From Sedimentisphaerales bacterium (GTDB lineage: Bacteria; Planctomycetota; Phycisphaerae; Sedimentisphaerales; SM23-30): a DNA stretch of 64,000 nucleotides. Shown here one piece after another: positions 52,400 to 61,903 of the stretch (position 1 is its first letter; each line of letters begins with the position of its first letter). The notes below the pieces were generated by a model that did not search any database, was not told the DNA's origin, and saw only the letters and a list, made by a program, of their open reading frames with translations. A program made the translations under genes and the position numbers. The stretch spans positions 160,001 through 224,000 of the forward strand of contig CAXXMR010000019.1 of NCBI GenBank assembly GCA_963663805.2, given 5' to 3'.

Positions 52400-53539
52400 T
52401 GACAGAACAATTACAATTACGTTGTGGAATCGCCCCGCCCTTCCAGGTCGTACCCGAAACCTCACGCCGCATAATACGCACCAGCATGATCGCCCTGGCA
52501 CTACCTGCCTGCGCCGCCCTGATGTTCTTTGGATGGCGGGCATTGGTGCTGATGTTCGTCGGCACAACCTCGGCTCTGCTCTGCGACTGCATCATCAGAA
52601 AACGCCGCCAAAGAACTGTACACGGCACCACCACCCACAGCGCCATGATGGGACTGCTAACCGCTTTTATGCTCCCCGCCAACGCCCCTTGGTATATCGC
52701 CGTTTTTGCCGCTGCCGCTGCCGTACTGCTCGGAAAATATCTCTGGGGAGGAATGGGCCGTTACGCCTGGCATCCCGCCGTAGTGGGAAAGACTCCTCGT
52801 ACAACTCATTTTCCCCGACACCCTCTGCGGTGATTGTGGCCCTCTGCTCAGCAAAGCCCACGCCTTCACCGCAGACATCAACGCCAAAACCCAAACCCTC
52901 AGCTCACCCGACCTGCACTGGCTCCAAACCCTGACCGACAGCGACCACGTAGGCTTCTGGCTCGAAAAACCACTCACCGCCTTTCGCAATTTCGGCCAAA
53001 TCAATTTCCTCGACAACAAACCCCAGATCGCCGACTACATCTACGGCCATTTCCCCCCCATATTCGAAAGCATTATCGGGGCTGTACCCGGCGGACTCGG
53101 AGAATCCTCAGCGATTATGCTTTTGCTTGTCGGAGTATTCATGGTCTACAGAGGCTACCTGAAATGGCGTATGCCCGCCGCATATATCCTCGCCGCTGCA
53201 ATCACCGCCGCCCTGCTGCCCATACTCTGTAAAGCCGACGACCAAACCTTCAAAATCATACTCTGGCCCCTCTGGGCAGAAGACGCGCTAACCGGCCTGA
53301 CCTACGTCAACATCCACATCCTCAACGGGGGAATCCTGCTGACTGCCTGCCTGCTATTCGTCGATATGACCGCACGCCCCCTACACCCCAGAGGACAAAT
53401 CTACTTCGCCGCCGGAGCCGGAGCATTAACCATAGTACTAAGACTATACACCAAAATCCCCACCCCAGAATACGCCGCACTTTTCATCATAGGTTCACTG
53501 CTGCCCCTGATAGACCGAACCATCCGGGCCGGCAGATAG
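52399..53539 (+). CDS. rnfD: RnfD/RsxD-like membrane protein, +1 frameshift at 52788-52790
   Basis: GKYLWGGMG..HPAVVGR, GAVPGGLGESS, LRLY; FMN-attachment TxATP motif absent. Confidence 0.75.
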
Positions 53540-53599
53540 AAAAACACCTTGCCATCGGCGTTCGACCACCAACCACAAGATAAATGCAAATCACCAACA

Positions 53600-53729
53600 A
53601 AAACTGAGCCACGTAAGTCCCCGGTTTGTAGCAAAAAATAACTCCTGCCGAGGGAACCCGCCCCGCCGTTAATCATTCAAACTTCAACCAAAGGCCGAAA
53701 CCAGGCCGTGTCACTCATGCCTCTTGCCT
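53600..53729 (+). repeat. Composite intergenic repeat locus (+ orientation)
   Basis: GCCGTT at 53665; ccaaaggccgaaacc at 53688-53702 is the reverse complement of 23492-23506; ctcatgcctcttgcct at 53714-53729 is identical to 56807-56822. Confidence 0.75.
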
Positions 53730-54423
53730 AATGTTTGTCTTTAGCCAAAGCCTTATCAAGTACTGGCCGAACTACCTCGGTCCAGCGTTCGTAACCTTTT
53801 TGGCTCAGATGCAGTTTGTCCTCTTTGAAATATTCATCGTTTGGTTTGCCGTCCGCGCCCAGCAGACAGCTGGCGCCATCGGCAAAGTAAAGCATTTCAT
53901 TCTGCCCGCAATATTTCTGAATCAAATCATTGGCCCGCGCCATCTCCAGCCATAGATTCCAGCGGGCGCCGCTGGGTTTGATCGTCAGATAAATGATTTT
54001 AGTCTCCGGCAGCTCCGCCCGCACCTGGCCTACGAATTCCTGAAAATCCGCCAGTACGCGTTCAGCCTTCTTGTTGCACGCGACATCATTGTCGCCGCAA
54101 TAGAAAACGATAACCGAAGGTTTGTATTTCAGCACCACCCGGTCCATAAAATAAAGCATATCACAAATTTGGGCTCCGCCGAATCCGCGGTTAATCACCG
54201 GCAAGTTGCTGAACCATTCGCGTGAATTCCACATCCTGATACTGCTGCTGCCCGCGAACAGTACTGCGTCTTTGGGCCAGGCGTTCTTGGCGTCCCACGC
54301 TTCGAAGGCCCGAATCTCATTCTCAAATTTATTTTCAGATTTCACTTCCGCTTCCTCGCCCCACGCCCACGATACCAGCGTCACCGTCATAACCGCGATT
54401 ATCAAACTTGCCATTTTTTTCAT
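53728..54423 (-). CDS. SGNH/GDSL hydrolase family protein
   Basis: FAGSSSIRMW, NRGFGG, YCGDND, DKLH; signal peptide. Confidence 0.9.
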   Translation of the reverse strand: MKKMASLIIAVMTVTLVSWAWGEEAEVKSENKFENEIRAFEAWDAKNAWPKDAVLFAGSSSIRMWNSREWFSNLPVINRGFGGAQICDMLYFMDRVVLKYKPSVIVFYCGDNDVACNKKAERVLADFQEFVGQVRAELPETKIIYLTIKPSGARWNLWLEMARANDLIQKYCGQNEMLYFADGASCLLGADGKPNDEYFKEDKLHLSQKGYERWTEVVRPVLDKALAKDKH

Positions 54424-54437
54424 TGTTCGCACCTCTT

Positions 54438-54887
54438 TCAGAATAATTTTGAACTGTCCAGCATAAACGTAACCGGCCCATCATTAACACTGCTCACTTC
54501 CATATGTGCTCCGAATTTACCCATCGCAACTTCCACCCCTTGTTTCCGAATATATGCAGCCATCTGTTCATAAAGCTCCTCGGCCTTGCCCGGCTCACCG
54601 GCTGCATCAAAGCCTGGCCGCCGGCCTTTCCGGCAGTCGCCGTAAAGCGTAAACTGGCTTACCAGCAAAACCGCCCCGCCTGATTCGCCGAGGGCCAAAT
54701 TCATTTTGCCGTCGGCGTCCTCGAATATCCGTAAATTCACCAGCTTATCAGCGATAAACTTCAGCTCCGCCTCGCCGTCATCATGGCCCACCCCCAGATA
54801 AACCAGCAACCCCTTGCCGATACTGCCCGTGACTTTGCCGGCAACTATCACCTTAGCTTCCAAAACCCGCTGTATCACCACTCGCAT
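54438..54887 (-). CDS. dtd: D-aminoacyl-tRNA deacylase
   Basis: MRVVIQRV, SQFTL, NDGPVT. Confidence 0.96.
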   Translation of the reverse strand: MRVVIQRVLEAKVIVAGKVTGSIGKGLLVYLGVGHDDGEAELKFIADKLVNLRIFEDADGKMNLALGESGGAVLLVSQFTLYGDCRKGRRPGFDAAGEPGKAEELYEQMAAYIRKQGVEVAMGKFGAHMEVSSVNDGPVTFMLDSSKLF

Positions 54888-55007
54888 AATCTAACCATAA
54901 ACTATTAAACAAGTTACAGCCCAGAACCACGCGGCGAAATAACCTGCCCGACTCTAGTCCCTACTCGTCATTTCTCATTAGCGATACTATCTTAACTGAT
55001 AAAATTT

Positions 55008-55979
55008 TTACCGCCCAGCATAAATATTAACCATTTTCATCGCCATCCCCGCCACCCGCTCCCGCAGTTCCGGCGGCTCCACCACCTCCACCTTATCCCC
55101 GTAGCCCAGTACCCACCAGCTCATCTCATTTATCCCATCCACCCGCACCGCGTAGGTAATCGAACCATCCTCATGCCATTGTATCTTCTGGTTCTTATGC
55201 CACAAAACTTCCGCCACATTCGCCGCTACCAACGGGTCGAATCGCAGCTTCACATCGTAAACCTTCCCCTCCGGTATCAGCGACCAGGCGTCCCCGATAA
55301 ATTTTGCCATCGAGAAATCCTTGTCTTCTTCGAAAAACTCGTTGGTCACCTCCAGATTTTTAATCCGCCCCAGCTTGAATATCCGCACCGCCTCATGCAG
55401 CGACGAATATCCCACCACATACCACGCCCGGTTCGCAAAATGCAAATGGTAAGGCCGCAGCGTCAGCTTGATTTGTTTATGTTCCAGAAAAGCGATGTAC
55501 GTCAGTTTTACCTTGCACCTTCGCCTTGTCGCTGATTGCAGTATCGAGAATGTTTTGGTCAACCCCTCATGCTTAGCCCGGGCCGGCATCTCCACCGACG
55601 TCTTTCGCAATATCGAACCGCAATGCTGCTGAACGTGACGCGGCAGAACACTTTCGATTTTTAACGCCGCTTCCCGCGCCTGATTCTGCAAGGGCAGTCC
55701 GCACCCGTCCGTGTGACTCTGCGTAACCAGCAGCAGTGCCAACGCTTCAGAAAGTGTCAGATTTACCGGCTGCAGGAAAAAGCTTTCATCCATCCGATAC
55801 CCGCCCTTTTCGTCGTCATGAAAATAAGGCAGCCCCGCCTCCCGCAGCATATTTAAATCCCGAAAAATCGTCCGCCGACTAATCCCCAACTGCCCCGCCA
55901 ACTCGTCTGGACTATAATAACGTCCCGTCTGCAATATCGTCACTAACTGTAATATCCGCTGCAAACGAGAAATCTTCAT
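55008..55979 (-). CDS. HTH-WYL-WCX transcriptional regulator (YafY/PafBC-like)
   Basis: SRRTIFRDL HTH, WYVVG, FKLGRI, VEVVEPPELR. Confidence 0.92.
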   Translation of the reverse strand: MKISRLQRILQLVTILQTGRYYSPDELAGQLGISRRTIFRDLNMLREAGLPYFHDDEKGGYRMDESFFLQPVNLTLSEALALLLVTQSHTDGCGLPLQNQAREAALKIESVLPRHVQQHCGSILRKTSVEMPARAKHEGLTKTFSILQSATRRRCKVKLTYIAFLEHKQIKLTLRPYHLHFANRAWYVVGYSSLHEAVRIFKLGRIKNLEVTNEFFEEDKDFSMAKFIGDAWSLIPEGKVYDVKLRFDPLVAANVAEVLWHKNQKIQWHEDGSITYAVRVDGINEMSWWVLGYGDKVEVVEPPELRERVAGMAMKMVNIYAGR

Positions 55980-55990
55980 CGCTGCTCCTG

Positions 55991-56707
55991 TTATTTCATT
56001 ACCGCCAGTGCTTCAGCCAGCGTAAACCTGCCTTCGTACAATGCCCGTCCCACAATTATACCACCCAGCGGCAATTTGGAAAGTGCTTTAATATCTTCCA
56101 GCTGGCCCACTCCTCCCGATGCCGTAACCGGAACCTTGCAGTTCTCTGCCAGCCAACCCATCGCCTCCACATTCGGCCCGGTAAGCATCCCGTCGCAGGC
56201 AATATCAGTATAAACAATCGAAGCCAAAGGCCAGTCATTTACCACCCTGGCCATTTCTTCAACTGTCGTCTCACCCGTCTCTGTCCAGCCGTGCGTCGCT
56301 ATTTTTCCGTCCCGCGCATCAAGCCCAAAAACCAGCCTGTCCGCGTTTGCCTTTACCTGTCCCTCAAACCATTCAATATCTTCCAACGCCCGCGTGCCAA
56401 TCACCACCTGCCGCACCCCCAGCCCCAAAAGACTCTCTATTCGCTGTGAGTCCCTGATTCCACCACCCACCTCAACCTGCAAACTCGTGTTCTTGACTAT
56501 CCGTTCGATAACCTCCGCGTTACGCATCGAACCTTCCAGCGCCCCGTCCAAATCCACCACATGCAGCCACCGGGCACCCTGGGCCTCAAACTCCTGCGCC
56601 TGAGCCAGCGGGTCGTCACCATAATTTATCTGCCGCGAATAATCCCCCTGCAACAAACGAACACATTTCCCACTACGCAAATCAATCGCCGGTAAAATAT
56701 CTGTCAT
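55991..56707 (-). CDS. hisA: ProFAR isomerase HisA
   Basis: PAIDL, HVVDLDGA, EVGGGIR, TDIACDGML, ASGG. Confidence 0.95.
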   Translation of the reverse strand: MTDILPAIDLRSGKCVRLLQGDYSRQINYGDDPLAQAQEFEAQGARWLHVVDLDGALEGSMRNAEVIERIVKNTSLQVEVGGGIRDSQRIESLLGLGVRQVVIGTRALEDIEWFEGQVKANADRLVFGLDARDGKIATHGWTETGETTVEEMARVVNDWPLASIVYTDIACDGMLTGPNVEAMGWLAENCKVPVTASGGVGQLEDIKALSKLPLGGIIVGRALYEGRFTLAEALAVMK

Positions 56708-56722
56708 ATCACAAAAATCCTG

Positions 56723-56825
56723 TCAGAGCCGCACACCTTAGTAAACGGTGCCGTTAAATTAAAAATAATCCCGACCGAAGGTCGGCACCACGTCGTTCAC
56801 TTTTGCCTCATGCCTCTTGCCTTCT
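56723..56825 (+). repeat. Composite intergenic repeat locus (+ orientation)
   Basis: Three modules separated by GCCGTT (56750) and GTCGTT (56792), shared with the 26.5, 23.5 and 53.7 kb loci. Confidence 0.78.
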
Positions 56826-56829
56826 TAAA

Positions 56830-57903
56830 TCAATTCCCCAGCCAAAGTGCCTGAATCCGCGGCGCACCCGCCAGCTTCTCCAACTGAGCCTTGATGTCCA
56901 GCGGGTCATTCAGCGCCGCCGCTTGCGAGGCCGTCATAACCTCCATAAACGAAGGCGGGTCAACATACCGCACCACATGCGGATCGTAAATCCCCAACTC
57001 TTCAGCCATATCATCAATCGCGTCTTCCAGATACCCCACCTTATCGACCAGGTGCTTATCCAACGCTTCCGGCCCGTCGTGAACATCGCCGTTGGCCAAA
57101 GGCCAGACTTCATCAACCGTCATTGACCGTCCCCGACTTACCACCTCCACAAACTGTTCATGAATCTTATCCAAATCTTCTTGAATATCTTTTTTCTCTT
57201 CGTCCGTCGGCATCCGGAACATGCTGTTATGGTCCTTAAAAGGCGAGCGTGAAGACTTCACTACCACCGGATTAACCCCCAGCTTTTCTTCCAGTGCCTG
57301 CTGAACTATCAGATTAAGATATATCACCCCGATACTGCCCACCACACTATTGCGTTGAGCGTAAATTTTATCCGTCGCCACCGAAATCCAGTAAGCTCCG
57401 CTGGCCCCCACCTGCTGAATCACCGAATATATGGGCTTATCGCCGCAAATGTCAGTGATATACCGATTAACCATATTCGAAGGGGCCACCTGCCCACCCG
57501 GACTGTTCACCACCAGGATAATTCCTTTAACGCTGTCATCTTCAGCAGCCCGTTTGAGTTTCTGCCGCAAATCAGCGGCTGTCTCCATATTGATAGTGCC
57601 CGCCAAATCTATCAACGCGATTTTATCCGCTTCGTTACCCGCCATATAAACATGTTCTTGCAGCTTTGAGCCAAGTATCACTATCAGATAAACATTCAGC
57701 CCGATAGAAAGCACAAAAATCAGTGACATGAAATACCGAAACATTGCGCCCGCTGCCGAACCGCGCGAACCACCTCGCGCCGGACCAGCCTGGGGCATAT
57801 ATACCGGAATAGGCTGGGCCGCCCGAACTCTGCCCGAAGCACCCACAGGTGGAGCGGGAGTTTCCGGCGACAAATCATAAGTATTTTCATTGGGCTCAGT
57901 CAT
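56830..57903 (-). CDS. sppA: Signal peptide peptidase SppA (S49)
   Basis: NSPGG, ASGAYW, GSIGV, FVEVVSRGR. Confidence 0.9.
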   Translation of the reverse strand: MTEPNENTYDLSPETPAPPVGASGRVRAAQPIPVYMPQAGPARGGSRGSAAGAMFRYFMSLIFVLSIGLNVYLIVILGSKLQEHVYMAGNEADKIALIDLAGTINMETAADLRQKLKRAAEDDSVKGIILVVNSPGGQVAPSNMVNRYITDICGDKPIYSVIQQVGASGAYWISVATDKIYAQRNSVVGSIGVIYLNLIVQQALEEKLGVNPVVVKSSRSPFKDHNSMFRMPTDEEKKDIQEDLDKIHEQFVEVVSRGRSMTVDEVWPLANGDVHDGPEALDKHLVDKVGYLEDAIDDMAEELGIYDPHVVRYVDPPSFMEVMTASQAAALNDPLDIKAQLEKLAGAPRIQALWLGN

Positions 57904-58177
57904 AATAATCCTCAATTCTGTTCTATAAGTTCACCGTTAATGTAATTCGCCGACAATTATAATCAAATATCGTCTCGCGAACCCGGAAAAATACTTTTTA
58001 TTAACCAAACTTCACTAAATTTGCGCAAAAACTTTCATAACAACATGTTATATCTAAAATTAAGTCGAGTTTTGGTCGGCCCACCGCCTCCCCAAGCTCA
58101 ATTTTGCCGTTTATCAACCGGACATCTCTATTGGTCACTGGTTGCAAACCGCCCAAAGGCCGTTTATCATTTGGGCC

Positions 58178-59173
58178 ATGGAAAACCAAAATACAAAATC
58201 GCCCATGAGTTGGCAATCGCTTACCGAGCATCCCGCCGCCGCGACTACCGTATTAGCGGTCGCTCTGGCTCTGTGCCTGCTCATTGCCAAAATATATGTC
58301 GTGCAAAATCCCATCAGTTATAAATCTCAGGAATGGCATCTCGCCGATGTCCTCCAGAAAAACCCGCTTCTCGAAAAAGTAGCTGCCGACGGTCTGGAAG
58401 AATACCTCGGCCGGGAGAATATCGCCCGCTACTACCTCATCGAGCTGGGCGACCAGGCCATCGGCTACGGAGCCTGGGCCCTCGAACCGCAGCTCGATTC
58501 CAATACCGGCCAACTCGTCTATCGCGGACGCGAAATCTGGAATACTCCCCAGGAAGGAAGAATGCGCTACATTGCTTTTACTGTTCCTGATGACCTCAGT
58601 TGGTACACGCACCAGCTCCGGCGAAAACTCGATTATCAAGGCGAAAAAATCCAGGTTGATATTATCCAGAATTATCGTAGCGGAATACTCGAAGCCTCGC
58701 TTTCCGTAAAGGACCAGCACAAAGCTATAGGCCCGATCCAGATTCCCGCCCATGTCATTATGCCCCCCGGCTTCCTTGATATTATCAGCAGCATTGCCGC
58801 CCGCGATGCGTCCCCCGGCGAAAAAACTGATTCGTTAATGATGATTGACCCCGAAGCACCTTTCGCCGGCGGCGGTGATATGCCCATCACCAGAGTTCAG
58901 CTGCGAACCTGCTCACCAGACAATGTCCCTGAAAATATTCGTCAGCAGCACCCCGAAGGGTTACCGGTTCAGGTTTTCTGGATGGACCAGCTTGCCAAAC
59001 AGGTGATTTACTACGACGACCAGCACCAGATTATCTGGCAGCAGGACATGACCCAGTTCGGCCCCCAGACCATAACGGTTGTAGAAAAAGATGAGCTTAT
59101 CGAAAAATTCCCGGAAACTCAGGAACTGCTCGAAAAATGGCATCGCCAGGACCAGGACCAGCAAAGCATCTGA
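58178..59173 (+). CDS. Hypothetical membrane-anchored protein
   Basis: Long ORF with N-terminal TM helix; no family recognised. Confidence 0.7.
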   Translation: MENQNTKSPMSWQSLTEHPAAATTVLAVALALCLLIAKIYVVQNPISYKSQEWHLADVLQKNPLLEKVAADGLEEYLGRENIARYYLIELGDQAIGYGAWALEPQLDSNTGQLVYRGREIWNTPQEGRMRYIAFTVPDDLSWYTHQLRRKLDYQGEKIQVDIIQNYRSGILEASLSVKDQHKAIGPIQIPAHVIMPPGFLDIISSIAARDASPGEKTDSLMMIDPEAPFAGGGDMPITRVQLRTCSPDNVPENIRQQHPEGLPVQVFWMDQLAKQVIYYDDQHQIIWQQDMTQFGPQTITVVEKDELIEKFPETQELLEKWHRQDQDQQSI

Positions 59174-59242
59174 AAAATCTTTTAATCGCTGACTATGTTT
59201 TCTTCAGCGTTGCAAGTGATTAAAATGTATCATAATTCGATT

Positions 59243-60691
59243 ATGAAAAATATATTTCGATTGACCATCCTGTTCCTGCCCATGTTCTGTCTGTCTGCTC
59301 ACGCGCAGCAGTCGGGTACAACGCCAACCCCGGATTATATTGATATTCGCACCGGATTCTCACTCGATTTACCCAATGGGGTTTTCCCCACCGAACGCGT
59401 ACCTTATATAGTAGATGAACTGCAGCTCAAACGCTGGGACATCCTCCGCTGTCCGCCCAGTACCCAACTGGTTTGTTTCGTTAATCCCCCCCAAAATCTC
59501 CAGCTCCAAATCCAGCTTCTCAGCACACGCGAAAAAATGACCATGGAGCAGATTCGCAATGCCCGCGTCGATCTCATCTCCAAAACCCCCGGCCTGAAAT
59601 TGGATGATTCCGAAATTATTCCCGATTCAACTCCGACTACGCTTTATCTCAACGCCAAATATCAGAGCGAAAACCTGAAACTGAATTTTTCCGAAGCTGT
59701 AATACTCGCCGAACCCGACCGTTTCTTCCTGCTTCGCGTCACCACCGAAAACAAACCCGATTCTGAGCCAGACGATTTATCCCGGCAAACCGTTCACGCT
59801 CTCACGCCAACCTTCAATTATTTCGGCGAAGAAATGCTCCAACGCCGCTGGTCACTGGCCCGCAAGGTCGGCCACAAACTGCTCGAAGAACTCACCGCCA
59901 CACCTATCCTCGCCGCCGAACAAACCCTATGGTATCAGATTGCCAACCAGAACCGCCCCATCGGTTTCCGCCGGGTTACCACCGCCTATGACGACGCCAG
60001 ACAATTACAAATCTCAACCTGGACCTATATCGACAATGGCCCCGACGCCCTGGCATTCCTCAACGCCCTGGCTCGTAACCCCATCCCGCCCCAGGAAGAC
60101 CAGACCTCCATCCCTCTGGTCGGACCCGTCATGATTAGCGGCTATTCCTCCTACCAGGCCGTTCAACGCAAAGAAACTTTCAGCCTCTGGGTCCGCGAAC
60201 TCCAAGGCCGCCAGTATGGGTGCAGCGAAGTCGGACTTTGGGACGGCAAGGGACTGACCATTACCCGCGTCGAAAAATCCGCCAATGAAAGCAAACCTGT
60301 CAGCGAAGATTACAACCTCGAACAAAACGGTTACCTCACCTGGTCACTGGATTCAATTGTCGGCCAAATCCTCGACACCCAAACCCAGCAGGAATATGTC
60401 TTTCTCAAATACGCCAACCGCCAGCTGGGTTCTATTGTCTATCGGGTCAACGGTCGCCGAGATGACCTTGTCCACATCATCGCCCATAATGCCGCTCCCG
60501 GCCCTGTCGCTGAACTGTGGGTTAATGGTGCTGGTTCAATTCAGCAGTGGCGCGGCAATGGTATCGACATGACAATCACTACACTCGAACAAATAAAAAC
60601 CAAATGGGACCAGCAGCTCCAGAATCTCCAGCCCGATAAGCCTCTGGCTCCACCCCCAAAAAATATTGAGAACGCCAATTTATCCGAATAA
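59243..60691 (+). CDS. Hypothetical exported protein
   Basis: Signal peptide ending SAHA; long ORF; no family recognised. Confidence 0.72.
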   Translation: MKNIFRLTILFLPMFCLSAHAQQSGTTPTPDYIDIRTGFSLDLPNGVFPTERVPYIVDELQLKRWDILRCPPSTQLVCFVNPPQNLQLQIQLLSTREKMTMEQIRNARVDLISKTPGLKLDDSEIIPDSTPTTLYLNAKYQSENLKLNFSEAVILAEPDRFFLLRVTTENKPDSEPDDLSRQTVHALTPTFNYFGEEMLQRRWSLARKVGHKLLEELTATPILAAEQTLWYQIANQNRPIGFRRVTTAYDDARQLQISTWTYIDNGPDALAFLNALARNPIPPQEDQTSIPLVGPVMISGYSSYQAVQRKETFSLWVRELQGRQYGCSEVGLWDGKGLTITRVEKSANESKPVSEDYNLEQNGYLTWSLDSIVGQILDTQTQQEYVFLKYANRQLGSIVYRVNGRRDDLVHIIAHNAAPGPVAELWVNGAGSIQQWRGNGIDMTITTLEQIKTKWDQQLQNLQPDKPLAPPPKNIENANLSE

Positions 60692-60741
60692 AATCAACTG
60701 ACAAAAAACCGCAACCTGATTTGGAAAAAGGAAAATAAAAA

Positions 60742-61719
60742 ATGCCCAGTGAAATCAAAACTGATGTTGTTATTGTCGGGGCCGGACCCACCGGACTTGC
60801 CTCGGCTATGTACACTGCCCGCGACCGTTATGATACCGTCGTCCTCGAAAAGCTCGTGCCCGGCGGACAAATCAACAATACTGACCGCATCGAAAATTTT
60901 CCCGGATTCAAAATGATTTCCGGTTCCGACCTGGCCGTTGCTCAGTACGAACAAGCCACCGCTTTTGGCGCCAAAATCAAAGTTGGTGTTCAGGCCCAGG
61001 CTCTCGCCCGTCGCGACGACGGACTTATCGAAGTCAAGACCAACGAAGATACCTTTCTTGCCCGCGTGGTAATTCTTTCTCCCGGCAGCGACTTCCGCAA
61101 ACTCGGCGTGCCCGGCGAAGATAAATTCCGCTCCGCCGGCTCCGGTGTCAGCTATTGCGGTATGTGCGACGCGCCCTTCTTCCGTGACAAAACCGTTGTC
61201 ACCGTCGGCGGCGGCAACACCGCGGTTGAAGACACCATCCACCTTAGTCGTTTCGCTAAAAAAGTTATCATGGTCCATCGCCGCGATGAGTTTCGGGCCA
61301 CCAAAATTCTTGTTGAGGAACTGCTTGAAGAAGAGAAAAAAGGCGTTATCGAAATCAAATATGATTCCGTTATTACCAGTATTAACGGCGACAACTCCGT
61401 CGGTTCCGCGACCATCCAGAACGTTAAAACTAAGGAGTCACACGATGTCGATTGTGACGGCGTATTTATTTTTATAGGCCACGTCCCAAATACCAAATGG
61501 CTCGAAGGCACACTCGACCTCAACGAGCAGGGCTTCATTAAATGTGACCCCCAATTCTTCCGCACCCAAATTCCCGGCGTTTTCGTCGCCGGCGATTGTC
61601 GAGTCGGTGCCGCCATGCAGCTGGCAACAGCTGTCGGTGACGGAGTAACCGTCGCTGTCTTTATGAAAGAATACTTCCGTGACCCCCAATGGTGGAACAA
61701 AAACAACGCCGTTATTTAG
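60742..61719 (+). CDS. trxB: Thioredoxin reductase
   Basis: GAGPTG, GVSYCGMCD (CxxC), GGGNTA, HRRDEFRA, VAGD. Confidence 0.93.
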   Translation: MPSEIKTDVVIVGAGPTGLASAMYTARDRYDTVVLEKLVPGGQINNTDRIENFPGFKMISGSDLAVAQYEQATAFGAKIKVGVQAQALARRDDGLIEVKTNEDTFLARVVILSPGSDFRKLGVPGEDKFRSAGSGVSYCGMCDAPFFRDKTVVTVGGGNTAVEDTIHLSRFAKKVIMVHRRDEFRATKILVEELLEEEKKGVIEIKYDSVITSINGDNSVGSATIQNVKTKESHDVDCDGVFIFIGHVPNTKWLEGTLDLNEQGFIKCDPQFFRTQIPGVFVAGDCRVGAAMQLATAVGDGVTVAVFMKEYFRDPQWWNKNNAVI

Positions 61720-61772
61720 CCAAGCAAGGGGCTGATCTTCGTGGTTTATGGCATCATCGAACGTTTGAGTAA

Positions 61773-61867
61773 AACGCACGTAACTAAGCGGTGTCGTTAA
61801 AAAACCGCGTAATCCGCGGCTAAATATTTTTGTTGTCGTTGTTTGTGTTGTTTAGAATTTCCAGTTT
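61773..61867 (+). repeat. Composite intergenic repeat locus (+ orientation)
   Basis: GTCGTT at 61793 and 61835; modules shared with the 51.05 kb and 26.49 kb loci. Confidence 0.72.
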
Positions 61868-61903
61868 GTCTGGCTTGGAATATTACAAACAGGAGCCCCG
61901 CTC

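Noticed and set aside
10885..52790. Programmed ribosomal frameshifting or phase variation
   Set aside because: No slippery heptamers or long homopolymer tracts; these gene families are not known to be recoded.
51667..52833. 388-aa ORF overlapping the rnfC-like gene
   Set aside because: Only the part from 52399 is the RnfD N-terminus; the rest is a stop-poor alternative frame caused by C/A skew.
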